Positions 1-16,810 of a stretch of DNA of 64,000 nucleotides are shown in pieces. Below the pieces are notes generated by a model that worked only from the letters and a program-made list of their open reading frames with translations, ran no database searches and had not been told where the DNA came from. Origin of the DNA: Eledone cirrhosa (Eukaryota); assembly GCA_964016885.1 (NCBI GenBank), contig OZ024742.1:41416001-41480000 (forward strand). The letters are read 5' to 3'. Made by a program: the position numbers and the translations under genes. Each line of letters starts with the position of its first letter. Position 1 is the stretch's first letter.

Positions 1-294
1 AGGGTGTGAAAGGTGGTAGGTTGTAAAACATGTGTGCGTGTATAAATATAGATGTGTGTGTGTAAGCGTATGGGTATACATGTGTGTGTAACTGTGTGTG
101 TATATGTGTGAGTGCGTTTGTGTGTGAAAGATAGTGGGCTGTAGAAGCTGGAAATCAAAGGGTGTGAAAGGTGGTAGGTTGTAAAAACATGTGTGCGTGT
201 ATAAATATAGATGTGTGTGTGTATGCGTATGGGTATGCATATACGTGCGTGTGTGTGAAGATAGCAGGCCGTAGGCTGTGAATGGTCACTATGG

Positions 295-850
295 TTAAGT
301 TAGCCATGTCAGCTCATTTCTCTCAGCCCGGTTGTTAAGTGGGGGTCTGAGGTTCTTAATAACAAGTGCTTCCTTTATCCTTAAGGATCCGATGCTGCGT
401 TCAGTCGCTAGGACTGTGACCAAGGGTCTACCCTGTGGGTTTCCGCATTTAAGGATGTGTTTGCGGAAGGAAGATGCGTTGGTGTTGATATGTTCCTTGA
501 TACGAACATGTAGGGGTCGGATGGTGCTACCTATGTAAAACTTGTTACATTTATCGCATTGAATCTTATATACGACATAGGTGCGTAGGCAATCTGCCCC
601 CTGTATCGGGCAGTTGCTGAGGGAACACGTCCCATCTGACTCGTCGGGTTTGTTGGAGAGGCATCTTCGCAGCGAAGGTCCTGTGTGGGCCAAATGTATG
701 TTAAGTCCCTCCGTCCGTATGGCCCAGCGGATGGCGTTCGTGGTATATTCACTCAGGTGGGGGATTTTAAAGAAGCACCCTGCTATTAATTAATTTTCTA
801 GTGGGTGTCTGTCTAGTGGGTCTGGGGTCTCTAATTCCGTTAATCAGTCG
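295..850 (-). mobile_element. Penelope-like element 3' fragment, GIY-YIG endonuclease
   Basis: ORF 295..693 reads C-rich linker, VVYKIQCDKCNKFYIGSTIRPLHVRIKEH, then LRIKEALVIKNLRPPLN, matching PLE GIY-YIG motifs. Its 5' part (689-772) is duplicated in inverted orientation at 851-934. Confidence 0.85.
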
Positions 851-934
851 CTTTAAAATCCCCCACCTGAGTGAATATACCACGAACGCCATCCGCAGGG
901 CCATACGGACGGAGGGACTTGACATACATTTGGC

Positions 935-3493
<2,559 letters not shown>

Positions 3494-3624
3494 AAAAGTT
3501 TTATTCAAAATTGTTGGGTTACGACAAGTAAATATTTTATAACTGATATAAAGCACTCGACAAGTTATTGGAGTAGATATACGATATTAAACAAATGGAA
3601 ACTATATTCATAAAACCATATTTA

Positions 3625-3692
3625 TTTCATTATACATATTTCAGGGATACCATATTAAAAATATGGCATGCCTTCGTCAGATAAAATACAAT
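3625..3692 (-). ncRNA. Hammerhead ribozyme-like motif in the pLTR
   Basis: Minus strand CTGACGA, stem II AGGCATGCCATATT/AATATGGTATCCCT, then GAAATATGTA. Stem I pairing is weak. Confidence 0.65.
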
Positions 3693-4736
3693 ATATAAAC
3701 AGTTTTATAAATAATTTTGACGTACCATATTATAAACGACCATTAAATTAGGAAGCTGTCTGGATAGTGATTTGTTTATAATTATTTAGTTATAGTGTTA
3801 AGCACAGTTAGAAAAAAGACGGAGAAAAAGACGAAACGGAGGTAAAGAAAAAACAGAGAGAGAGAGGGGAGAGAAAGAAAAGGAGAGAGAGAAAAAATAG
3901 ATAGGAGGAGGTGAAAAAGAAACAAGAAAGAAATAAGAGAGGCAAATGAAAGCAACAGATAAATAATAATTCATCATACATATAGAGAAACTCAAGATAG
4001 AGGGAGTACTATATAGAGAGAGAAGGATAATAATTATTTAGTTATAGTGTTAAGCACAGTTAGAAAAAAGACGGAGAGAAAGAAAAAACGGAGAGAGAGA
4101 GGGGGAAGAAAAGAAAGAGAGAGAGAAAATATAAATAGATAGGAGGAAGTGAAAAAGAAACAAGAGAGAAATAAGAGAGGCAAACGAAAGCGACAGATAC
4201 ATAATAATTCATCATACATTAAGATAAACTCAAGAGAGAGGAGAAAGTGCTATAGAGAGAGAGAAGGATACAGTTACATCTTTACGTCATGTCATATCAA
4301 TTTGAATTATCAATTCATGAAATGGATAATAAGAATGCAAATATCAATATTCATGAATGAGATATAGATATATAATATGAGAAAATAACATTGTTCAATA
4401 ATGACCATATGTTTAGTTTAAAACTCTGAGGTCAATATACCAAAATCTGAGATAAAACCTTCAAAAAATTACCCTATTTATAAAAATACGGAAATATATA
4501 TGTATATACACGTATATGTACTTTCTGAAAAAAGAAAAAAGAGAAAATTATGTCTAACTCTAGTCAATAATATGACATACACATGACTTCACCTGATCAA
4601 CTCTATAATTTCTTGTGTTATAAAAATTTCACTGTATATATACATAAAATATACGATTAATATTCATGTCCTCACATATATGATTACCGTTCATGTATTT
4701 AATATTATGCCTATCTGTAACATATACAGAACCATA

Positions 4737-4830
<94 letters not shown>

Positions 4831-5372
4831 AAATATCTGCGTGAGTTTTCCAGCATCTTTACGCACATATACAGACACATGAACACATAAAATAAACTCT
4901 ATAAACCTTCTATATGCATTTTAATACACATATGGCCTTTGTATAGAGATAATCAAATATCAATATATCAGCACAGAAACATCAAAACATTAAAATACTT
5001 TCAACACACTATAGAGTATCTCAGACCAAAAACAATATGCTTCATATATTTACTACAGAAATCTATCCTTCCTATATTTCAAACAATATATTGCATAGTT
5101 AGTTAGAAGCTATCAGAGTAAAAAAACAAATAAAAAACAAAAATTATTTAAAAGATTTAGAATACCCAGTGATTCAACGGATACCCTTATATTAAGTATA
5201 GAAATTTATCTTGCGTAAAATTTATTTAATACATTGGGAGCATATACATTTTAGAGTAGTTTATTACATCTTTGTTTATATTTAGGAAGAAGGTTTAAAA
5301 AGAAAAAGGTGAAGGAATCAAATGATTTATCGTCAGGTTTCATATATTAACTAAATTTCTTAATTAATTATA

Positions 5373-5699
5373 CTACATTTTAAATTTATATTTATATTTA
5401 AACGTTGAGTTCAATCTATGTCTGCAGCAACTGAATAAATTGCTCCTTAAATTAAGGGAATTTTTGGACTTTAATATAAAGAATACCTCCTCCGCACAGA
5501 GATCACATGTCTCTGATGAGGAATTAAAAGGAATCCCTTTTGAGACAATATTCCGAAACATCGAATACTTAACATTATCTCGTTTAAGTTGCCAGAGTAG
5601 GCTTGATAGCGAAGTTGAAGATTTTTTGTTTGGATCTGTGAAAGAATTCTTATGATTATTGAAGCGAAGTTTAAATTCTCTCGAGGTGGAACCAACATA
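5373..5699 (-). pseudogene. C-terminal half of the GIY-YIG endonuclease, out of frame with the RT ORF
   Basis: Manual translation gives YVGSTSREFKLRFNNHKNSF..SLSSLLW..CDLC..LN..CCRH; the frameshift is near 5700. Confidence 0.85.
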
Positions 5700-5700
5700 G

Positions 5701-7587
5701 TTAAGAATTTAAGTTAGTTTTAACATTACAATTGTATACTACATTTTTAAATAAGCAATTGTTATTTAACGGACAGTTAGATTTATTTCTACAGTTACAG
5801 TTATTTAATTGAATATTGTTTGGGTTATTATTGGTATTTTGGTTAGGTTTTAAATTCCTATTATTAATTCTGTTAATATTTTGTGCTAAATTTTTGGTGG
5901 ACGAGTAAGTTAATTTTATAGTATGTCTATTAAAAATTGAGTGATATTTATGTGTTCTAGGGAAGCGTTTGTCAAGAGCATGAAAGAATAGTTTAGCAAT
6001 ATGGGTTTTAATATTTAGTGAAAAAGGGGGGGGGGCAAACCATATTATATTTCTAGTTCTATTTCTTTTCCGGCTTTTGGAATTATTGTAATGTTTTCTA
6101 TTATAGTTGTTAATGCTGTTACCGTAATTAAAATTGTTATTATTTTGGTTAGTTTGCTTATTATTATCGATGTACTTAATTTTATCACTATATCCTGCTC
6201 TAGCTAACGCTTCATTGTAATACTGCGCTTTTTCATCAAAAATATTTTTATTAGATGAAATTCGTTCTTGAACAGAGTTCACTATAGTATTTTTAACAGA
6301 TCTGGGGTGATTAGAGTTAAAATTGACATAATTCAAGTTCTCATTTAGTTTGTGAAATGGATAGTGAAGACATGTGTTGAGATTTAGTGTTACATCTAGG
6401 AAATTGACTATTCTATGGTTATTCTCTATTTCTATTTTTAGATTTAGGTAATTAAAAAATTGTATAATTTGTTTTCTTTTTCTATTTAGTTCACAGTTAT
6501 TATTTTCAATAAGTAAAAGCATGTCATCACGATATAATCCTCCGGTTACACCTGGTATTTTTCTATGCAGCGAATTAATTATAAATAGGCCCACAAGGTC
6601 CGTTACCTGAGCTGAGTCAGATGATCCCATAGTTATGTCGAAATTATTATCTCTATCTGCCCTAGTCCATAGTTGGTTATTAAATTCTATCAATGTTTTC
6701 CTTGCCGATAATATAATGTGCATGTCATTGCTAGTTAGGTCTGTATGTTTAAATGCGTAATTTAGTGCCTTATTCAGTAGATTAGGAGTGATAGATGAAT
6801 AGTAGTTAGCAATATCAAGTTGAATAAACTTATTATTATAGTTATATTTAATTTCTTTAAACCACTCAATAACCTCACCAGTCCCCTTCCATAACTTTAA
6901 GTAAGGTAAATTATGTAAGTTTTTAATTTGCTGTATTACCCTGTCTAGAATGTTTTTGCTAAGTTTTCCCAGGTCAGATTTTGATGGTGCAATCAATCTG
7001 ACTGGCAAATCATTTTCAAAATGTCTTTTGTGATCTTTCATATTGATCTTGGGTTTCCTAGGCATGAAGGGTTGTGTTTTATTCTCAATGTCTAATTCAT
7101 GCATTATACAAGATGCCTCTGTATTCATTTTTTCCAGTTCGTCCTTACTTGCTACCTTGTACTTTTTCCTTAGTTCTTTCAATATAAGGCCGTTATACAT
7201 GTCCTTTTGTACTCCATAAAGGTTATTGGTTTTGTCCGATTTCACTAAGATCTTCTCTGTTTTTTCCAAGCCTTCAATATTATCCTTAATGCATCTTAGA
7301 TAGTCCTGGCCTTTGAAGTTTCTCTTGAATTTTATTCCTTGGATGATAGAAATTATATCGTTTTCAAAATCCATTAATAGTTTGTTGGGGGGTGGATTTT
7401 TTTTAGATTTGAAAATTTTATCCAAATCTGAAACATTTTCATTTAGATTAGATTTATCAAAGTGGAAGGCACGCCACCTGATTCTTCTTATAAAAGAGTC
7501 TGATTTTTCTATTAATTGTTTAATAAAGTCTTTGTTCCTAGGTAGAGGTATGTCTTTTAGAGAAGAAGATATCTTAAAGAATTCCAT
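5701..7587 (-). CDS. PLE reverse transcriptase plus start of GIY-YIG (628 aa, frameshifted at the end)
   Basis: Motifs SLKDIP..RRIRWRA, KSDKTNN, PVRLIAPSKS, IQLDIANYYSSI, MGSSDSAQVTDLVG, LYRDD, NFLDVTLNL, IIWFAPP, CNCRNKSNCPL and NVVY. Confidence 0.9.
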   Translation of the reverse strand: MEFFKISSSLKDIPLPRNKDFIKQLIEKSDSFIRRIRWRAFHFDKSNLNENVSDLDKIFKSKKNPPPNKLLMDFENDIISIIQGIKFKRNFKGQDYLRCIKDNIEGLEKTEKILVKSDKTNNLYGVQKDMYNGLILKELRKKYKVASKDELEKMNTEASCIMHELDIENKTQPFMPRKPKINMKDHKRHFENDLPVRLIAPSKSDLGKLSKNILDRVIQQIKNLHNLPYLKLWKGTGEVIEWFKEIKYNYNNKFIQLDIANYYSSITPNLLNKALNYAFKHTDLTSNDMHIILSARKTLIEFNNQLWTRADRDNNFDITMGSSDSAQVTDLVGLFIINSLHRKIPGVTGGLYRDDMLLLIENNNCELNRKRKQIIQFFNYLNLKIEIENNHRIVNFLDVTLNLNTCLHYPFHKLNENLNYVNFNSNHPRSVKNTIVNSVQERISSNKNIFDEKAQYYNEALARAGYSDKIKYIDNNKQTNQNNNNFNYGNSINNYNRKHYNNSKSRKRNRTRNIIWFAPPPFSLNIKTHIAKLFFHALDKRFPRTHKYHSIFNRHTIKLTYSSTKNLAQNINRINNRNLKPNQNTNNNPNNIQLNNCNCRNKSNCPLNNNCLFKNVVYNCNVKTNLNS

Positions 7588-8674
7588 TTTTTCAGTTATA
7601 ATATAAAGCGCTCAACAGTATTGGAGCAAAAATATATGCAAAAGTTTTATTCAAAATTGTTGGGTTACAACAAGTAAATATTTTATAACTGATATAAAGC
7701 ACTCGACAAGTTATTGGAGTAGATATACGAAATTTTTTTTTATGACACAAGAAATTATAGAGTTGATCAGGTGAAGTCATGTGTATGCCTATATTATTGA
7801 CTAGAGTTAGACATAATTTTCTCTTTTTTCTTTTTTCAGAAAGTACATATACGTGTATATATATATACATATATATTTCCGTATTTTTATAAATAGGGTA
7901 ATTTTTTGAAGGTTTTATCTCAGATTTTGGTATATTGACCTCAGAGTTTTAAACTAAACATATGGTCATTATTGAACAATGTTATTTTCTCATATTATAT
8001 ATCTATATCTCATTCATGAATATTGATATTTGCATTCTTATTATCCATTTCATATGAATTGATAATTCAAATTGATATGACATGACGTAAAGATGTAACT
8101 GTATCCTTCTCTCTCTATATAGCACTTTCTCCTCTCTCTTGAGTTTATCTTTATGTATGATGAATTATTATGTATCTGTCGCTTTCGTTTGCCTCTCTTA
8201 TTTCTCTCGTTTCTTTTTCACTTCCTCCTATCTATTTATATTTTCTCTCTCTCTTTCTTTTCTTCCCCCTCTCTCTCTCCGTTTTTTCTTTCTCTCCGTC
8301 TTTTTTCTAACTCTGCTTAACACTATAACTAAATAATTATTATCCTTCTCTCTCTATATAGTACTCCCTCTCTCTTGAGTTTCTCTATATGTATGATGAA
8401 TTATTATTTATCTGTTGCTTTCATTTGCCTCTCTTATTTCTTTCTTGTTTCTTTTTCACCTCCTCCTATCTATTTTTTCTCTCTCCTTTTCTTTCTCTCC
8501 CCTCTCTCTCTGTTTTTTCTTTACCTCCGTTTCGTCTTTTTCTCCGTCTTTTTTCTAACTGTGCTTAACACTATAACTAAATAATTATAAACAAATCACT
8601 ATCCAGACAGCTTCCTAATTTAATGGTCGCTTATAATATGGTACGTCAAAATTATTTATAAAACTGTTTATATA

Positions 8675-8742
8675 TTGTATTTTATCTGACGAAGGCATGC
8701 CATATTTTTAATATGGTATCCCTGAAATATGTATAATGAAAT
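8675..8742 (+). ncRNA. Hammerhead-like motif in the inverted pLTR copy
   Basis: Reverse complement of 3625-3692, with CTGACGA at 8686 and GAAA at 8724. Confidence 0.65.
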
Positions 8743-8872
8743 AAATATGGTTTTATAAATATAGTTTCCATTTGTTTAATATCGTATACCTACTCCAATA
8801 ACTTGTCAAGTGCTTTATATCAGTTATAAAATATTTACTTGTTGTGACCCAACAATTTTGAATAAAACTTTT

Positions 8873-9864
<992 letters not shown>

Positions 9865-9872
<8 letters not shown>

Positions 9873-11112
9873 TTAGAATTGGAGCTCTGAAATAGCAATA
9901 TATATATGGATGTATATATAATGTATTTTGCAATACACTTTATGCTTAATTAAAAGCATTTTGAAGACTGTAAGCTATTGTTTTTAAAGTAGTGACAAAT
10001 TCACTCACTTTGATCGCAGCAAACAGGGGAGATAAGCCGACAAGACTTGTTTTGCTTTGGTTGAAGCTTATCAAGGCCAACTACCCCACCTGTTTACTGA
10101 GATCATTGATGTTATATTCTTATAGAAATCTAGTAAATAATCAGGAGCTGATTATGCAGAGCGGTTGTTGGTCAGGCAGAAATTAAAAATTAGAATTGGA
10201 GCTCTGAAATAGCAATATATATATATGGATGTATATATAATGTATTTTGCAATACACTTTATGCTTAGACCGTAAGCTATTGTTTTAAAGTAGTGACAAA
10301 TTCACTTACTTTGATCTCAGCAAACAGGGGAGATAAGCCGACAAGGCCTTGTTTCGCTTTTGTTGAAGCTTATTAAGGCTAACTACTCCCTCCTGTCTAC
10401 CGAGATCACTGATGTTATATTCTTATAGAATTCTAGTAAATAATCAGGAACTGATTATACAGAGCGGTTGTTGGTCAGGCAGAAATCAAAAATTAGAATT
10501 GGAGCTCTGAAATAGCAATATATATATGGATGTATATATAATGTATTATGCAATACACTTTATGCTTAATTAAAAGCATTTTGATGACCGTAAGCTATTG
10601 TTTTAAAGTAGTGACAAATTCACTTACTTTGATCTCAGCAAACAGGGGAGAGAAGCCGACAAGGCCTTGTTTCGCTTTTGTTGAAGCTTATCAAGGCTAA
10701 CTACTCCCTCCTGTCTACCGAGATCACTGATGTTATATTCTTATAGAATTCTAGTAAATAATCAGGAACTGATTATACAGAGCGGTTGTTGGTCAGGCAG
10801 AAATTAAAAATTAGAATTGGAGCTCTGAAATAGCAATATATATATGGATGTATATATATAATCAGTTCTGATTATTTACTAGAATTCTATAAGAATATAA
10901 CATCAGTGATCTCGGTAGACAGGAGGGAGTAGTTAGCCTTGATAAGCTTCAACAAAAGCGAAACAAGGCCTTGTCGGCTTATCTCCCCTGTTTGCTGAGA
11001 TCAAAGTAAGTGAATTTGTCACTACTTTAAAACAATAGCTTACGGTCTTCAAAATGCTTTTAATTAAGCATAAAGTGTATTGCAAATACATTATATATAC
11101 ATCCATATATAT
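9865..11112. repeat. ~300-320 bp tandem repeat (3 units plus a partial) followed by an inverted unit
   Basis: Units start at about 9865, 10182, 10485 and 10803 (AAAAATTAGAATTGGAGCTCTGAAA); ~10857-11112 is a reverse-complement copy. Confidence 0.9.
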
Positions 11113-11122
11113 ATATATATAT

Positions 11123-11980
11123 ATTAAGACAGGGGGGAAGAAAAAATGGCTTCACTTGTGCTTTCAACAAATTTATTTTCTTCACAAAATCCAAAAAGAA
11201 TTTTTCGTAAAAAAAATTATTTTATAAATTAAGTTGTTGGTTGTTGGTTAGGTCTTATGAGTTCTTGGTTAACGTAGGAGGTATTGTTTCGTTTTATATG
11301 TTTTTGTGTATGTATGTGGATGTATTTGTGCATGGGTGTGTGATTGATGGTGTGTGCCTATATATTCCTACATATGCCCGTGTGTGTATGTACGTATATG
11401 CGCACATATGTGTGTGTTGAACAAAGGACTAACTTTGGGATGGACGTAGAAAAATTCTTCAGGAAAAAAAGAAAAAGATATTATTTACAAACTTGACAGG
11501 TGCGATTTGCCTGTGACCATTCTCAAAACAAAAGCAATACTAAAAGCTTTTTTCCCCTGAATAAAGGAATTTTTCGAGAATGACCGGGGCAGGCCGCTAC
11601 ATTTCTCCCCACCCAACCCTACTCACCGTCTCAACTCATTACTGCTATGAACACTTTTTTCAACACACCTACACCCATGCACTTATTAAAGGGGGAGAAA
11701 AGAAACCACCACCACACCACAGACGTGTTAAATCCCTATATATAGAACAACACACCACATACACATCAGTTTGACAAGCGCACCTCAGCGTGAAAGGTCT
11801 TTCTAAAAACGAAACAATACCTCCTACGTTAACCAAGAACTCCTAAGACCTAACCAACAACCAGCAGCTTAATTTATAAAATAATTTTTTTTAAGAAAAA
11901 TTCTTTTTGGATTTTGTGAAGAAAATAAATTTGTTGAAAGCACAAGTGAAGCCATTTTTTCTTCCCCTCTGTCTTAATAT
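11123..11980. repeat. Inverted repeat element with ~170 bp arms and a ~510 bp spacer
   Basis: 11123-11295 is the reverse complement of ~11806-11980, with TA tracts nearby on both sides. Confidence 0.85.
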
Positions 11981-12010
11981 ACCTAACTGTACCAAGGATT
12001 ACACACATTT

Positions 12011-13427
<1,417 letters not shown>

Positions 13428-13881
13428 AACTCCGACCTCACACACTTACACCTCACCAAGACAATGTCACTGGACCGAGACCTTTGGCGGTACTCAGTAA
13501 TAGAGAAGACCCGCCTCACCTAAATACAAAGTATTTAGGGGGTCCCGCGCACCCCCACCCCCACCCCATCCACACCGCCCCCTTCTATGTAAAGTTAAGT
13601 TGGTGCCACACCATCCAGGCCGAAACAAATGAGATCGTGTAGGTGTCACGACAAAAAAACACACAGTCCACGCTGTAATGTGGCCGTGCAGGCAACACGG
13701 TAATAACCTCCCAGACCCACACTGTAAACGTGGTTGGTGTTAGGAAGGGCATCCAACTGTAGAAAACCTGCCAGACAGTCCTATGCGAGCAAGACAATCA
13801 CTCTTGCCTCAAGTGGGAAAACCCCCGTCCAAACCCATGCAAGCGTAGAACACGGACGTTAAACGTTGATGATGATGATGA
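13428..13881 (+). mobile_element. RTE LINE 3' end (last ORF codons, 3' UTR, (GAT)n tail)
   Basis: Encodes [24 protein letters not shown], near-identical to the end of ORF 17161..18495, and ends in ACGTTGATGATGATG. Confidence 0.85.
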
Positions 13882-13895
13882 TATATATATATATA

Positions 13896-13937
<42 letters not shown>

Positions 13938-13971
13938 TATATATATATATATATATATGCATATATATATA

Positions 13972-14017
<46 letters not shown>

Positions 14018-14074
14018 TATATATATATATATATAGCATATATATATATATATATATGTGTATATATATATATA

Positions 14075-14156
<82 letters not shown>

Positions 14157-14247
14157 TATATATATATATATATGCATATATATATATATATGCATATATA
14201 TATATATATATATGCATATATATATATATATATATGCATATATATAT
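13882..14247. repeat. GC(AT)n microsatellite array
   Basis: Direct reading. Confidence 0.9.
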
Positions 14248-14249
14248 AA

Positions 14250-16084
14250 AAATGTGTCCGGGATGATGCCGGTGTACTTAGTGTCACGAATGATCAGAAA
14301 AAGGAGGCCTGGAAATGTCATTATGAGAGACTGATGAATGTGGAGAACGAATGGGAGAGAGAGAAATTACCCTTGGTGGATCTGACAGAGGGACCAGCTA
14401 TTGAGATTGACGAATATAGGGTCCAAGAGGCGATTAGGGAAATGAAAAATGGTAAGGCTGCCGGACCATCGGGAATAGTTGCCGAGATGCTGAAGGCATC
14501 AGGGGACGTAGGCACTAAACTGGTTGCACGCATCATCAATCAGGCTATATATGGTGGTGTCATACCCAAAGACTGGTGCAGCAGTATTCTCATAAATTGC
14601 TACAAAGGTAAAGGGGATGCTTTGGAGAGGAGCAATTATAGGGGTATGAAACTGATAGATCAGGTTATGAAAGTGGCAGAAAGGATTTTAGCACAACTAA
14701 TTAGAGAAAGGGTCAAACTAGATGAGATGCAGTTTGGTTTTGTGCCTGGGAAGAGTACAACAGATGCCCTCTTCTTGGTGTGACAATTGCAAGAGAGGTT
14801 CTTAGAGAAGAATAAGCCACTATACTTAGCCTTTGTTGACCTAGAGAAGGCCTTTGATAGGGTACCCCGATCTGTCATCTGGTGGTCCCTAAGGAAGCTA
14901 GGTGTTGAGGAATGGCTTGTGAGGACAGTGCAAACTTTGTACAGAGGTACTCTCAGTAAAGTCAGGGTAGGAAAGGAGTTTAGTGAGGAATTCCAGATAC
15001 AAGTAGGAGTACATCAGGGTTCGGTCCTCAGCCCGCTCTTGTTCATTATAGTCCTCCAAGCCATAACAGAGGAGTTTAAGACTGGCTGTCCATGGGAACT
15101 TCTCTACGCTGACGATCTGGTTCTTATAGCAGAATCAGTAGAGGAGCTAGAGAATAAATTCTGGCTATGGAAACAGCAGTTGGAAGCAAGAGGACTGAGA
15201 GTGAATCTAGCTAAGACAAAAGTGTTGATGAGTAGAAAAGAGGACAAAACCCTGATTCCGTCAGGGAAATGGCTATGTTCGATATGCAGAAAAGGAACTG
15301 GCATAAATTCTATAAAATGCACACAATGCAGATCCTGGGTACACAAGAGATGTAGCGGGATAGCAGGCAAACTAACAGGTAGGGAGAAATATGTATGCAG
15401 TAGATGTACAGGGAAATTAGACAGTAGAAGTCGCACTGATAGACACATTTTTCAAATGCAAGAGGGCGCTATAGAAGTGGTGGATAGCTTCCGGTACCTA
15501 GGAGATCAGATTAGCATGGGAGGAGGGTGTTCCGAGGCCATAGTATCTAGAATAAGGACGGGTTGGAAGAAGTTTAGGGAGCTGCTTCCTCTGTTGACGA
15601 AGAAGGGTTTCTCCCTGCGTACAAAAAGCCGGTTGTATGATGCCTGTGTGAGGAGCGCGATGCTGCATGGTAGTGAGACATGGGCAGCAACTGCAGAGGA
15701 TATGCGACGGCTGGAGAGAAATGAGGCAAGCATGCTCCGTTGGATGTGCAGTGTAAATGTGTGTGAATGACCCAGCATAAATGTGTTGAGAAACTGTGTC
15801 TGAGAGGGATAGAATGTAGTGTACGGGAGAGGAGACTGAGGTGGTATGGACATGTGATGCGCATGGAGGATGACTGATGGGTGAAGAAGTGCCAGGAATT
15901 GCCAGTTGAAGGAAGACGTGGTAGAGGTAGACCACGAAAAACATGGGCGGAGGTGGTGAGAACAGACCTCAGATCATTGAAGCTCACGGTGGAGATGACG
16001 AGGGACCGTGACGAGTGGAGAGATGCTGTGCTGAATAAGACCCGTCCCACCCTTGCAAGCAGGGAAAAGCGGACGTAAAATGAC

Positions 16085-16119
<35 letters not shown>
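14250..16119 (+). mobile_element. 5'-truncated RTE-clade LINE with disrupted RT
   Basis: Motifs [82 protein letters not shown]. Stops at 14781 and 15768; (GAT)n tail. Confidence 0.92.
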
Positions 16120-16120
<1 letters not shown>

Positions 16121-16571
16121 ATATATATATATATATATATGCATATATATATATATGCATATATATATATATATATATGCATATATATATATATATATAT
16201 GCATATATATATATATATATATATGCATATATATATGCATATATATATATATGCATATATATATATATATATGCATATATATATATATGCATATATATAT
16301 ATATATATGCATATATATATATATATATATGCATATATATATATATATATATATGCATATATATATATATATATATATGCATATATATATATATATATGC
16401 ATATATATATATATATATGCATATATATATATATATAGATGTATATCTATATATATATATATATATATATATGCATATTTATATATATATATATGCATAT
16501 ATATATATATATATATATATATGCATATATATATATATGCATATATATATATACGCATATATATATATATA

Positions 16572-16605
<34 letters not shown>

Positions 16606-16651
16606 TAAATATATATATATATATATATGCATAAATATATATATATATATA

Positions 16652-16697
<46 letters not shown>

Positions 16698-16773
16698 TAT
16701 ATATATATATATATATATATGCATATATATATATATATATATATATATGCATATATATATATATATATATATA

Positions 16774-16807
<34 letters not shown>

Positions 16808-16810
16808 TAT
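16120..16810. repeat. GC(AT)n microsatellite array
   Basis: Direct reading. Confidence 0.9.

Noticed and set aside
5373-7587. Selenocysteine recoding, as reported for some Naiad elements
   Set aside because: No in-frame TGA occurs at Cys positions in either Naiad ORF; the breaks are frameshifts ending in TAA, and no convincing SECIS was seen.
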